A stretch of DNA of 42,247 nt. It comes from Cellulosispirillum alkaliphilum. Its GTDB lineage: Bacteria > Fibrobacterota > Chitinivibrionia > Chitinivibrionales > Chitinispirillaceae. Location of the stretch: the NCBI RefSeq assembly GCF_029688955.1, contig NZ_JARUKZ010000038.1; one strand, written 5' to 3'. Below the pieces are notes generated by a model. That model made no database searches and was not told the DNA's origin. It saw nothing but the letters and a program-made list of their open reading frames with translations. This document shows positions 19,412 to 29,543 of this stretch, one piece after another (position 1 is the first letter of the stretch; each line of letters opens with the position of its first letter). A program made the position numbers and the translations under genes.

Positions 19412-19447
19412 TTCGCGTCCTTTCCGCCGTACGTGAGAATGGACAAA

Positions 19448-19500
19448 AAAAAAGGGCCGTCAGTGTGGAATTTTGTTTCCTCACTAACGGCCCGTCTAAA
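19448..19500 (-). terminator. Rho-independent terminator (minus strand) between the two DUF2294 genes
   Basis: On the minus strand: GGGCCGTTAGTGAGG...CTGACGGCCC followed by TTTTTTTTT. It lies about 30 nt upstream of the second gene's start. Confidence 0.6.
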
Positions 19501-19605
19501 AACAAAGCGCGTTTTCTGCGCCTTCTTCCCTAACTTGCCTATATTTTAAAAAGCAGAACTTAAGATACTATTATTTTGCATTGAAGTCAAACAAAAAATA
19601 CCAAA

Positions 19606-19983
19606 TCATTCATTCATAAACCTGGGAGAGCGCTCCATGGTGAATACTATAATCCGCTCCCCGGTCACCGAACTGATATCGGTGTGCAGAGAGACCACAT
19701 CTATCCCAAGCACATCTTTAACAATTGTTTCGAGCAGATACCGGGCATTCTCAATAAGCTCCTGACGAACCTGCTTTATGAGCTTGCGACCGGTGATGGT
19801 GTCGTCTGCTTTGGCCAAATGCCGCTCAGCCGGAGTCAGTACGCCACGCAGACGCACAAACACATGCTCTTCTATAATAAACGTTTTGGCCTCTTCCGGC
19901 CCCCGCCCTTTGTACTCCCGTTCAAATTTTACCATAGCCTGCGTTATCTGCGCTTCAGCTTCGCCACGGGTAAGATTAACCAT
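19606..19983 (-). CDS. DUF2294-family protein (paralog 1)
   Basis: 'ITQAMVKFEREYKGRGPEEAKTFIIEEHVFVRLRGVLTPAE' is a typical DUF2294 N-terminus. Confidence 0.7.
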   Translation of the reverse strand: MVNLTRGEAEAQITQAMVKFEREYKGRGPEEAKTFIIEEHVFVRLRGVLTPAERHLAKADDTITGRKLIKQVRQELIENARYLLETIVKDVLGIDVVSLHTDISSVTGERIIVFTMERSPRFMNE

Positions 19984-20223
19984 TGTTCACTCCTTCCAAT
20001 GGGATAATTTAATTACCCACCCGGTGTTGTCGCAAGATTTTGATTAAAAGTTTATGCATAATGCGTCATAAATGCCACCCTGAGGGTAATCTCCCCTTCA
20101 ATTCTACCTTTGATCGTCAAAAAATTCATCACCAGTGCCAATAAAATAATCAGCTGCCCAGAACCGAACTCCCCTGCAAACCCTACCATTTTGGTGCACA
20201 ATTATAGTTTAAAAGGAGTACAC

Positions 20224-20685
20224 ATGCCAGATCTCAAGTTTTCAGTAAGTGCCCAGGCTTTGAGTCCTGCTAAAACAGAAGTCAAAACCCGCAAGTTTTC
20301 CTTCATTATCGATGAACCTAAAGAGCTTGGTGGCACCAATGAAGCCGCTAATCCTGTGGAATACCTTCTGGGGTCACTTGCAGGTTGTATAAATGTAGTT
20401 GGTCATCTGGTTGCAAAGGAACAGAACATTACCCTTTCTAATCTCAAAGTGGAGATTTCAGGAAACCTGAACCCGGAAAAGCTTTTCGGTAAAGCGACTG
20501 AGGACAGAACCGGTTACAAAGAGATCAGCGTAAAGCTGTACCCAGAAACCGATGCCTCACCTGAAGTACTTTCAAAGTGGATTGAAGAGATAGAGAAGCG
20601 CTGCCCAATTAACGACAACATTACAAATTCCACACCGGTAAAAGTTTCAGTGGGTGCGGATACCGCTTCAACTACAACTGCCTGA
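20224..20685 (+). CDS. OsmC/Ohr-family peroxiredoxin-like protein
   Basis: 'GGTNEAANPVEYLLGSLAGCINVVGHLVA' and 'IEKRCPINDNI' match OsmC. ATG at 20224 is preceded by AAAGGAG, so the ORF-track start at 20110 is probably too long. Confidence 0.8.
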   Translation: MPDLKFSVSAQALSPAKTEVKTRKFSFIIDEPKELGGTNEAANPVEYLLGSLAGCINVVGHLVAKEQNITLSNLKVEISGNLNPEKLFGKATEDRTGYKEISVKLYPETDASPEVLSKWIEEIEKRCPINDNITNSTPVKVSVGADTASTTTA

Positions 20686-20709
20686 GCACTGTTTGTAATG
20701 CTCCCCCCG

Positions 20710-20754
20710 ATACCAGTGACAGCGCCTGAGGTGTCACTGGTATTATTTTTTACT
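20710..20754 (+). terminator. Strong rho-independent terminator after osmC-like gene
   Basis: 12-bp perfect stem ATACCAGTGACA/TGTCACTGGTAT followed by TATTTTTT. Confidence 0.8.
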
Positions 20755-21364
20755 CACCCGTCAGTTTATAATTAATTCCCAGTGACAAATTCATTAAATC
20801 GGGATAACCAGGCACAAAACTCATTGAGAAATTCACCTTTTTGGAAAAGGAAAACTTATATTCAAATTCACCCCCATACCACAGAAATAGATATTGCCAC
20901 ATATCACCTTCATTTCCCTTAAATATGGTAGGATTTTCATACCCGTCCAACTCCATCCAGTTTCTTCTATACACTAATGTAGGACCGATTCCACCATTCA
21001 GAAGATGTCTGCCTCTTTTAAATATTCTACCTCTAAAACCAACATGAGTGTATCCTCCCAGCTGTGAGGCACAATCAGTATATAAGGCCTGGATTATTTT
21101 TACAGACAATAAATCGCCGAAGATAAAATGCTCATAAGAAAACGCCCCTCCAATATTTAATACGAAGCGGGCTCGTTTATCTAATTTAGTTGACATCAAT
21201 TGGGCATTATCGCTACCCCCCGGGTGAATGCTTAATCCAAAGTATTTTAACCCAAAGTTGTTTTGCGCACGTACAGTTACAGTTAGCACCAATAGAAAAA
21301 GAACAAGAACGTAACTACTTCTATACTTTAAAGTAAATATTTCAGGAGCGTTGATTTTAACCAC
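20750..21364 (-). CDS. Small outer-membrane beta-barrel protein (PagL/acyloxyacyl-hydrolase-like?)
   Basis: Signal peptide. Amphipathic beta-strands. Ends 'GINYKLTGE'. About 200 aa. Confidence 0.45.
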   Translation of the reverse strand: MVKINAPEIFTLKYRSSYVLVLFLLVLTVTVRAQNNFGLKYFGLSIHPGGSDNAQLMSTKLDKRARFVLNIGGAFSYEHFIFGDLLSVKIIQALYTDCASQLGGYTHVGFRGRIFKRGRHLLNGGIGPTLVYRRNWMELDGYENPTIFKGNEGDMWQYLFLWYGGEFEYKFSFSKKVNFSMSFVPGYPDLMNLSLGINYKLTGE

Positions 21365-21370
21365 GATGAA

Positions 21371-22153
21371 TCATTGCCCTTTTTTTCCGTCTTTTTTTAT
21401 CACCAGGGTTGCGCATACAATTTCATTTTTCAGGAAACCATACTCTTTTCTCTGCTGACTCATGTAGTTTTTAAACAGATGACTCTTGTCGCGGTTTTTT
21501 TCAATTAATTCATTACACCTTTTCTCGATTAAAGCATACTCTGTATCATATGCCTGGAAATCTGCATTGTCGCAGGAGATTACTTCATCGACAAGACGCA
21601 TCTTTGCCGATATTATCTGTTTTACCATCTCTTTTCGTTTTGGCACCTGAGGATGGGTGAAATCACTTTGGTCATCGATATATCCATCATCGATTACGAT
21701 AAACCCATCATCGTTAAGTACTGGTGAGAGAGCCTGGAGCGTTTCATAATATTTTCCAAAAACCTGCCCGACAGATCCCAGTATGATGATATCATAATTG
21801 TGCAGGTCTTTAACTTTTACACGTATATCCGCCGCTTCAAATTTACAGATTTTTTGCACATTGTATTGCACCGCTTTCTTTCTGGCAAAATTGATGAATT
21901 CAGACACTGCATCTATACCGTAACATCTGTACCCAAGCTTACTGGCAAGCTTTACCGTTACAGCGCCTTTGCCACATCCAAGATCAAGAACATTCGGACT
22001 TTCTTTTCTGTTATGATTTTTGATTAGAGGGATTAAACTCTCCGGATCAGATCCTATCTCCCAGAAATCCTGCAGAATGTAGGGTAAAAAAGGGAAAAGC
22101 CCTTTATCGGTGGCGTCTAACGCTGTAAGGACGCTCTCTTCCATTGACTTCAT
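21371..22153 (-). CDS. Class I SAM-dependent methyltransferase. The start is set at the internal Met, which has an AGGAG RBS.
   Basis: 'VLDLGCGKGAVTVKLA' is a SAM-binding motif I. AGGAG sits 9 nt upstream of ATG at 22153. The ORF is open upstream to 22240. Confidence 0.75.
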   Translation of the reverse strand: MKSMEESVLTALDATDKGLFPFLPYILQDFWEIGSDPESLIPLIKNHNRKESPNVLDLGCGKGAVTVKLASKLGYRCYGIDAVSEFINFARKKAVQYNVQKICKFEAADIRVKVKDLHNYDIIILGSVGQVFGKYYETLQALSPVLNDDGFIVIDDGYIDDQSDFTHPQVPKRKEMVKQIISAKMRLVDEVISCDNADFQAYDTEYALIEKRCNELIEKNRDKSHLFKNYMSQQRKEYGFLKNEIVCATLVIKKDGKKGQ

Positions 22154-22297
22154 TGTATTTCTGCTCCTGAAATAATTTAGAGTGGTTACTACCTTTACCT
22201 GATACGCACCATCGCATAGAAAATTATATTCTATCAACAAAAGGGGGCCATACTTTCATATAAGCCCCACATACTACCACTGAAAGGTTCTGCATTG

Positions 22298-23095
22298 TTA
22301 TCTGTTATTTAACTCTGCCTGCCACCTGTCCCCAAAGACTTTTCTGTAATTACCATGAGCATCACGAATAATCAGTACATTTTGTTTTGAAATAGTTTGA
22401 TTAATATCAACCTTTCTGCCGGTAATTGTGAATGCCTGAACAGCATTTCTGTTTGATGGTACCTGTTGATTTCTACTTCTCAATTGTCTTTGGGGGCCAG
22501 CAGACATAGGAATTAATGATGGAAAATGTGGCTTTTTCTCCTCTTCCATAGTCCAACTGACTTCTATTTTAGGTGTTACGACCCAAGCTTGGCCACTAAC
22601 ACATCCCACATCCGGAACATCATAGCACATTACCGGAATGTAGCGTATCTCTGCTTTTACATAGTTTGAATCGGGGGTAATGATTACATAATACTGATCT
22701 TCAAATAGTTGCCTATCACTGCTGCAACCCGTTTCAGCAAAGAGAACCATCCCTATCGATTTTAGCTCATCGTGATACGGGGAGGGCATTCCATGGTCAA
22801 AAAGTACCTCATTATCGAGATCCAGTTCATCTTTAAAATCATAGTATTCCTTACTCTGCGTGGACCTGTAAATCGCTACCGGAGCCCCTACTCTAAGTGC
22901 AGGCTGACAACACTCCGCATCACATGAATTGCCATCATAAAAATAAAGATCGGGGTAATCGATAGTTATATCATTTGAGCCGAAAATTATTCCCTGGCCA
23001 AGCTCTAAAGTATCCACCCCCTTTAAAGCATCGCTGTAGACTGCATGTAGCAGAAGAGCAATAATTACCGAAAGCATAGCCATTTGTTTTTGCAT
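22298..23095 (-). CDS. Secreted Cys-rich hypothetical protein
   Basis: Signal peptide 'MQKQMAMLSVIIALLLHAVYSDA' with RBS AAGGGGA. Ten or more Cys residues. Confidence 0.6.
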   Translation of the reverse strand: MQKQMAMLSVIIALLLHAVYSDALKGVDTLELGQGIIFGSNDITIDYPDLYFYDGNSCDAECCQPALRVGAPVAIYRSTQSKEYYDFKDELDLDNEVLFDHGMPSPYHDELKSIGMVLFAETGCSSDRQLFEDQYYVIITPDSNYVKAEIRYIPVMCYDVPDVGCVSGQAWVVTPKIEVSWTMEEEKKPHFPSLIPMSAGPQRQLRSRNQQVPSNRNAVQAFTITGRKVDINQTISKQNVLIIRDAHGNYRKVFGDRWQAELNNR

Positions 23096-23414
23096 CTTAC
23101 ATCCCCTTTTTTTGTAGTGATGATACATCAGTTTGCAATGGGCTTACACTCTAATATAATCAATTATTGGCTGACAATCACATCTAATCACATTAGTTTC
23201 AATCTTTTCGTTATCACGCCTGATAACGGCTCAATATCAGTGAACAAGTAGGTTGAGTGGATTGCAGATTTTCAATACTGTAAGAATACCGACAGCTGTG
23301 GGATGTATGCTCACTGACCAGAGAGTTACAATGAGTGCTAATGAACGGGTTGCAGAAAAAACTTCAGGAGGAATAGACCACTCGAAAAACAGATCAGCAT
23401 CTATGCTGTTACTC

Positions 23415-24365
23415 CTACTGTTCAAAACCGCTGATGATATGAACTCTGACCTCCTCCCGCACTGTGATATTTTCCACTGTAGCAACAAAGTGCCCACCGC
23501 GTTCAAAGCTCAACAGACGGGCATTGGGAACGGTTTGAGCGGCGAATTGTGCATGCTCATAGGGAAACAATACATCATCCTGTGCATGAATGATAAGTGT
23601 TGGGTGACTAATAGCAGCGATTCGCTTACCCAGTTGTTGCGTATGATGGTCAAACATTATGCCATCATAACGAACTGAAGCCGGGTTCATGTAGTCAATA
23701 ACCCGCTCTATTGCATCGTACTGATGAGGACTGAGGGTTTCAATCACTTGCCTGTCAGCGCCCAAAAAATTCAACAACTGCCTTTTAAACAGATTTGAAA
23801 CTGCCCAGTAAACAAAATCATTCTGCACTACATAGGTTAAAATTCTACCTACATTCTCTGCCTCCTCCACCTGCTCCGGAGGTAACTGTGCGGCACCACA
23901 GGAGATAAGCGTAAGTGAAGTAACCCTCTGAGGGTAAAGAAGCGCAAAGAGATATGCAGAAACTCCCCCAGCACTTACCCCCACTACTGCCACCTGATCG
24001 ACATTGAGGCTATCGAGCAGATATGCATATGTATGGGCCTGCTCCTCAACAGTAGCCCCTTGCCGTATATCTGATTTTAAATACCCAAAACGAGACGGCG
24101 CTATCCAGTTAAATTCTTCCCCCAGTATCTCCTGAGCCAAAAGCTCACCCTGATCAAATCCTCCACCTGCCCCATGGATCATCAGGACATCTAATTGTTT
24201 TTTTTCAGCTGTAAGGTATTCTAAATTACCGAAAGGGGTTGCAATGCTACTGCTTACATTCTCAATTCTTGCATACGATGCAGCAATATCTCTTCTGTAG
24301 GAAAGCCATACCCAGGCAGCCAATAGACTCAGTAGCGTGAAAATCACAATTAGTATTCTAATCAC
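23415..24365 (-). CDS. Alpha/beta-hydrolase fold protein with an N-terminal TM anchor
   Basis: 'HGAGGG' oxyanion-hole-like motif and GxSxG-type 'GVSAGG' motif. Confidence 0.75.
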   Translation of the reverse strand: MIRILIVIFTLLSLLAAWVWLSYRRDIAASYARIENVSSSIATPFGNLEYLTAEKKQLDVLMIHGAGGGFDQGELLAQEILGEEFNWIAPSRFGYLKSDIRQGATVEEQAHTYAYLLDSLNVDQVAVVGVSAGGVSAYLFALLYPQRVTSLTLISCGAAQLPPEQVEEAENVGRILTYVVQNDFVYWAVSNLFKRQLLNFLGADRQVIETLSPHQYDAIERVIDYMNPASVRYDGIMFDHHTQQLGKRIAAISHPTLIIHAQDDVLFPYEHAQFAAQTVPNARLLSFERGGHFVATVENITVREEVRVHIISGFEQ

Positions 24366-24520
24366 TACTACAAGTCCTTTTTTTAAGATCTATAAACAAG
24401 GTAATCTATTTATTAAGCAACTGACAGGCCGGGTAAATTCCGTAAAACAGGTGTCTTTTTAAAAGGGGTGGGGATTTATAGCCCCCAACTACTTTCCGCC
24501 ACAACCTTTTAGGCGAAAAG

Positions 24521-24550
24521 AAAAAAAGTTCCTGGACAGGAACTTTTACT
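24521..24550 (-). terminator. Perfect 10-bp-stem terminator hairpin flanked by A- and T-runs (bidirectional in appearance)
   Basis: AAAAGTTCCT-GGAC-AGGAACTTTT with T-runs on both strands. It lies about 450 nt downstream of the htrA-like stop. Confidence 0.6.
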
Positions 24551-24996
24551 AATCGTTTGGGGTCAGTATGATCGTCGCCACACACTGCACTCCCAGACTC
24601 AAAACTGCACTTCTTGTTACTGAAATTGCGTACGAATCGCAGTATAGTGAAACAGTGAAAGAACTGCAATATTTTATCGACCATGGTGAGCGTCAGATAA
24701 ATCAGATTTGTCGCAGATGTTTTAAGAATGAAATCATTCCACATTCAGAGAAAGTTTTTTCGGATCGGTGTAATGCTTCGTCGCCGGGCTCTTGAACCGA
24801 AGAAGATGTCTCAAGAGCAGCATAAAATATGCGTACCCAGAACCGTTAAGAAGGATGGACCATACGAACACATTGCCTTATGTTATTTTATGTTTGGGAA
24901 TGCTGTCAGATTGAAGGAAACTTACCTGAATGAAACAATTAGGTGGCCAGAAAAGATAGCAGAGTTGGATAAATTATGGGAGTTTTCGAACAGACA

Positions 24997-26079
24997 CTAA
25001 TTAATCTGCACCAGTGTACAAGCTACGATATGCTCCTGGTTTTCCCTCTTCACGGTCACCTGCACCAGATCTCCCGCTACTTGTTCTTCAAGAAAATGTG
25101 CCAGGTCGTCGTTATTGCGGATCACGGTATCATTGATCTTTACTATCACATCCCCTACAATGGTTTTGCCCTGGGAGTCTCTTGAGACGCCTCTCAACCC
25201 GGCAGCTTGTGCAGGACTGCCCTGGGGCACATTGAGTATCACCACACCTTCACCAGGATAGAGTTCTGAAGCTTTATCCCGCAGTGTTGTTATTCCCAGA
25301 CCTGCGCGACGTACTACACCGTGCTCTATCAATTCCGGTACCACACGTTTCACAGTGTGTACAGGAATGGCAAACCCTATGCCGGTATTTGCACCCCCAC
25401 GAGAAACTATGGCGGTATTTACTCCAATAAGCCTTGCCTGTGAATCAAGAAGTGGTCCACCGGAATTCCCGGGATTGATTACAGCGTCTGTCTGAATGAC
25501 ATGTCTGATAGTACGTGTTTCGGAGGCTCTGATCTGCCGTCCCAGTGCGCTAATCACCCCAACGGTTAGAGTTTTCTGTAACCCAAACGGGTTCCCAAGA
25601 GCAAGAGCTTTTCTTCCTACAACAAGATCCTGTTTATCACCGACTCTAACTGGATCCAGAAGGTTTTCGGGAGCATCTACTTTAAGAACTGCAAGATCTT
25701 TTGTAGAATCGATTCCGATCAGCTCTGCTTTGAACTGTTTATCTCTGTCAAAAAACACCATAACACTGTCAGCGTTTTGTATTACGTGATAATTGGTAAC
25801 CACATGGCCCTCCCTGTCCCAGATAACTCCCGATCCGGATCCCCTGGGAAGCTCTGTCCCTGATGGAAGGGACAGCCCTCTTAAACTTCTGCGACTCTCG
25901 ATATAAACTACGGACCCCTTGGTCTTTTCGTACACATCAATGGTGTTACGTTCATATTCAAGCAGCCCTCCATCACCGGACTGAGCCCAGCCGATACAAA
26001 AAAGAGCGATTACCCCTGCAACTTTTCTGAATACACTCCCAGCACAATGCTCTTTAGACGCAGAAATCAAATACCCCAT
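24997..26079 (-). CDS. HtrA/DegP-family serine protease with a PDZ domain
   Basis: Catalytic triad context 'HVVTNYHV', 'DLAVLKV', 'GNSGGPLLD'. C-terminal PDZ. The signal peptide starts at the internal Met 'MGYLISA...'. Confidence 0.85.
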   Translation of the reverse strand: MGYLISASKEHCAGSVFRKVAGVIALFCIGWAQSGDGGLLEYERNTIDVYEKTKGSVVYIESRRSLRGLSLPSGTELPRGSGSGVIWDREGHVVTNYHVIQNADSVMVFFDRDKQFKAELIGIDSTKDLAVLKVDAPENLLDPVRVGDKQDLVVGRKALALGNPFGLQKTLTVGVISALGRQIRASETRTIRHVIQTDAVINPGNSGGPLLDSQARLIGVNTAIVSRGGANTGIGFAIPVHTVKRVVPELIEHGVVRRAGLGITTLRDKASELYPGEGVVILNVPQGSPAQAAGLRGVSRDSQGKTIVGDVIVKINDTVIRNNDDLAHFLEEQVAGDLVQVTVKRENQEHIVACTLVQIN

Positions 26080-26101
26080 AACTATCCTTCCACTTACAAT
26101 G

Positions 26102-26875
26102 TTACTGAGATTCACCCTGATGATGCAGAAGTTCACTTGGAACAAATTCCCTGCTTTCAATCATCTCGGCATTCATTCTATGCCTTCTACTATAAATTCC
26201 CAGAGGTATAGTTGCCACAAGTGATACGCCCATAGCAGAGAAACCGGAGGTCATCCAAGCTCTACGTCTACGCTGCTTTCTTTCCTTCTCTTTAATTTCG
26301 TCCTCAGCCTCTCTAATCTCGGATAGAGTATAAGAACCTCTGTTTCGGTCCAAACGGTCTTGAACAGCATCAAGGTCGGAGTTAATACCGGACATCCCGG
26401 CCACGAAAGCAATTATTCCACCTGTTGCAAAAGTAATTGCCGAAGGAAGATAACCATATCTGAGAACGTTGTTTATTTTTGTATGATCGCCGGGATCTAC
26501 ACTCCACTGCTGGTAGCCTCCCCTTGCATCCACCACAAAAGAGGTACTGAGCTGAGTATTATCTGCACTGAAGCTATACCTTCCGTTTGGCAGCGTCAGT
26601 ACTGCTGGCAGTTTTGCCACTTTCTGGTTTGAGTAGAAGGTGATATGGGCACTGCTAGTGAAGGTGGTTCCGTGTATATGTAGATGCCTTAGATCGATGC
26701 TCATATCGCTGTCGACCGAATTGGTATCCACAACAAATTCAACAATGGTCTGATCTGACTTTTCCTGCTGAGCTTCACTCAATACTCCGATACTCTGAGC
26801 GGGTAACAACTGCAACATAAGCAAAATGGAACAAAAGATGCGCTTTGTCATATAATGACCCTTTCTGTGCTTCAT
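26102..26875 (-). CDS. Exported protein with a PEGA-like beta domain, a TM segment and a charged C-terminal tail. It is co-transcribed with htrA-like.
   Basis: Signal peptide. 'LTLPNGRYSFSADN' resembles a PEGA domain. TM segment 'ITFATGGIIAFVAGM'. A 23-nt gap separates it from the protease gene. Confidence 0.5.
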   Translation of the reverse strand: MKHRKGHYMTKRIFCSILLMLQLLPAQSIGVLSEAQQEKSDQTIVEFVVDTNSVDSDMSIDLRHLHIHGTTFTSSAHITFYSNQKVAKLPAVLTLPNGRYSFSADNTQLSTSFVVDARGGYQQWSVDPGDHTKINNVLRYGYLPSAITFATGGIIAFVAGMSGINSDLDAVQDRLDRNRGSYTLSEIREAEDEIKEKERKQRRRRAWMTSGFSAMGVSLVATIPLGIYSRRHRMNAEMIESREFVPSELLHHQGESQ

Positions 26876-27144
26876 AGAGATGGTTTTTTTTGGTTTTTAT
26901 GTTGGGATACTCAATGTACTGAATAGGCATTATTGCGGCATCAGACAGATATAACATAATTAACGGATAAAGAAAAGAAAAGATTAAAGTTAAATTATAC
27001 TGTTTTTATTTAGGGTAAAATTTATAAATTTAATAAGCTCTTTGTACCATGTAAAAGCTGAAGTGAATTAGAATCCAGGATTAAAAGTATATTAAAACGC
27101 CTTCATCTCAATTACGAATCCGGCACCGGTGATGAGGATACACA

Positions 27145-28080
27145 GTGAAGGAGACATTGGGTCAAAGTGCTCCTGCACCATCGTTTCTCCCCCCTGCGGC
27201 AATACTCGAGATGACCTATAAGTGTAATCATTGATGCCTTTTCTGCTCTTGCCCGTGGTATAACAAAGATGGTGATTTCGATTGGAAAAAGGAGCTTTCA
27301 GCAGACGAGTGGAAGTTTCACATCGAAACATTGTGTTCACTTGGGGTTTCACAGATCGCATTCACTGGTGAAGAAGCGCTCCTTAAAAAAGGTCTTTTTG
27401 AAATTATCGAATTTGCAGCATCCTGTAATGCTATCCATATAGAAACTGAAAATAATATACTTGTCCGATCCGATCCCCCCCAAACCTCATCCTTCTTACA
27501 AAGTAAACAACCAAACAAAAAGGTGCTCTCTTTTTGTCTGGAGCACTCTGTTGGAATAAGTATAAGCCTTCCGGGCTTCACAGTTTTAAATACCACACTG
27601 TTAAGGGGTACAAGGACAATGTACTCTATTGGTTGTCTGAAGCCAAAAAGATGGGTATTGCTACCACGGTCGGTGTAACCGTTACAAGTAAAAATATTCA
27701 CTAACTTTTTGAAACCATTGCAGAAGCACTTCTTGCAGGAGCAGATCAGCTACTTCTCAATCGTTTTTTTGCCTGGGGGAAGAGGTATGGAGCACAGGGA
27801 ATTGATGCTCTGGCGTGAACAGATACTTGAGATGCTTGACACTGCAGAGAAGGTGCTGCGGCACGCCAATCGCAGGGGCAGTATCGGAACAGAAATTCCC
27901 AGATGCGTTGTTGATCCATCGCGATACAAATATATCAACATGGCAACGACCTGCTCTGCAGCAAAAAGCTTTTTTGTCGTGGACCCATCTGGCTATATCA
28001 GAGTTTGTAACCACTCCCCTGTATTACCGTCTTTTACCTATAACTTTTTTGGGACAAACTAAACGTAGCACTACCTTTCA
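27145..28080 (+). pseudogene. Degraded radical SAM/SPASM-domain maturase gene, disrupted by an in-frame TGA and several frameshifts
   Basis: 'LEMTYKCNH*CLFCSCPW' has TGA inside the CxxxCxxC motif. Frame 27331-27678 carries 'IAFTGEEALL...IETENN'. A third frame carries 'MGIATTVGVTVTSKN'. Frame 27709-28062 carries the SPASM-like 'CSAAKSFFVVDPSGYIRVCNHSPV'. Confidence 0.7.
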
Positions 28081-28099
28081 GAACCAAATATTCCCAGCC

Positions 28100-29203
28100 C
28101 TAAAGGGTACTACCAGATAAAAGTGTGCTGTTCTCAGCACGAAAAGCAGTAGGCGTCACTCCGATCCTCAACTTAAATTCCCGATTAAAGTGACTTGGCG
28201 TAGCATAACCCAATTTGTAGGCGATCTCTGCCACATTAAGTTTTGTATGGCTGAGCAGGCGTTTTGCTTCATCTATGCGAAGGGTGTGGATCATGCTGCG
28301 GAAGCCTTCATGGTAGTTTTCCTTGATAAGCTTTGAGAGCCTGGACTCCGAAATTCCCAAAGAAGAAGCAACGTTGCTTAAGTTTAGCTCATTTGAACTG
28401 TAGTTTTTATTCATGAATTGAAGAAACCTATCCCAATCACCAGGTTGTACCTCGAGCGGTTCCGGTTTCAGATTGATCACTTTGGAAACCCCTTCATTCC
28501 TGTCTTCTTTTCTTTTATATGTCAGCAACTTTATAAGTACTGGAATAAAAAATAGCGGAACAATAAAAAGTAGATACATTAGAGATGATCTCTTTTTTTC
28601 ATTCCCGGAAACAAAAGATACCCCGTATACCACCAGTGTATCAGTATGTCCGATCCGTGGCGTATTCCCAAAAACCCAATTTACAACATTAATAGAATCC
28701 AGAAACAATCTTTTGTCTGTAGGAGCAATACCGTAGCGCGTTCTCCACCATTTTGCCACTTTAAAATCCTCAAGCGGCACAGCAACCCGGGTCTTTTCGG
28801 GAAAAACTGTAACCGGCGCTTCCAGAGTTCGACTGCTCACAGGATCATCTTCCACCGTTATCTCCGGATCGAATGTAGCCAACTGCAACACCACTCTCCC
28901 GGGCTGATTGCTTCTCATATAGATTATCAGTGTATCGGATTCATTACAACAGTTGTCTTGAGAATTGGACTGTGTGAGGTCAATTCCCATAGTTAATCCC
29001 GCAAAGGGCCAGGAGTGCCCCGGATTCAATTGATACACCCATTCGACGCTATCAGTTACAGAGAGACTCAAAACTTTGGAATTACCCGATTCATGGTTAT
29101 CATCAAAAGCACTCCACGTAATTTCACCGGGAGGAAATTGTGCTTGTGTGATACATACGAGCAGTAATAGGATCAATGTTGAAAACGTTCTCTTCGACTG
29201 CAA
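28100..29203 (-). CDS. Membrane-anchored AraC-family regulator with an N-terminal periplasmic sensor domain
   Basis: Signal peptide, then an about 190-aa extracytoplasmic domain, then TM segment 'LMYLLFIVPLFFIPVLIKLL', then the C-terminal AraC HTH 'IAYKLGYATPSHFNREFK'. Confidence 0.8.
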   Translation of the reverse strand: MQSKRTFSTLILLLLVCITQAQFPPGEITWSAFDDNHESGNSKVLSLSVTDSVEWVYQLNPGHSWPFAGLTMGIDLTQSNSQDNCCNESDTLIIYMRSNQPGRVVLQLATFDPEITVEDDPVSSRTLEAPVTVFPEKTRVAVPLEDFKVAKWWRTRYGIAPTDKRLFLDSINVVNWVFGNTPRIGHTDTLVVYGVSFVSGNEKKRSSLMYLLFIVPLFFIPVLIKLLTYKRKEDRNEGVSKVINLKPEPLEVQPGDWDRFLQFMNKNYSSNELNLSNVASSLGISESRLSKLIKENYHEGFRSMIHTLRIDEAKRLLSHTKLNVAEIAYKLGYATPSHFNREFKLRIGVTPTAFRAENSTLLSGSTL

Positions 29204-29543
29204 TGAATCTCCTTATTTTTCTATCATCCATAGGATTAATCAGTTAGATTCAGAGTAAAATTACTATATAAAAACTCCCTGAAAACCTTTTTTTTCTAAC
29301 TGCCACCACGATTATCTCATGGCTTCCCTTACTACAAAGAAAATTATCTATGCAAAAAGATGGTTACATTCACAGATTGTTATCCCATAAAACTTCTCTG
29401 AAAATACAAAAATGTTGCCTAAAACAGAAAATTCTGATTTTTGATTAGAAATCAGCTGTTTCAGACAATTCAAATTAATAGGAGGAGCCTTATATTGTTA
29501 AAAGAAACAATGTTCCATAAACAAATTAAAAGAAAGGGAAAAG

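Noticed and set aside
24406-24744. 112-aa minus-strand ORF
   Set aside because: It spans the perfect terminator hairpin at 24521-24550 and has no recognisable features.
27232-27234. In-frame TGA in the radical SAM motif as selenocysteine or a reassigned codon
   Set aside because: TGA terminates other well-supported genes here, for example the gene at 176-1225. The same gene has additional frameshifts and a truncated C-terminus. No SECIS-like context was obvious.
28473-28996. ORFs antisense to the membrane AraC regulator
   Set aside because: They are embedded in a supported gene and have no features.
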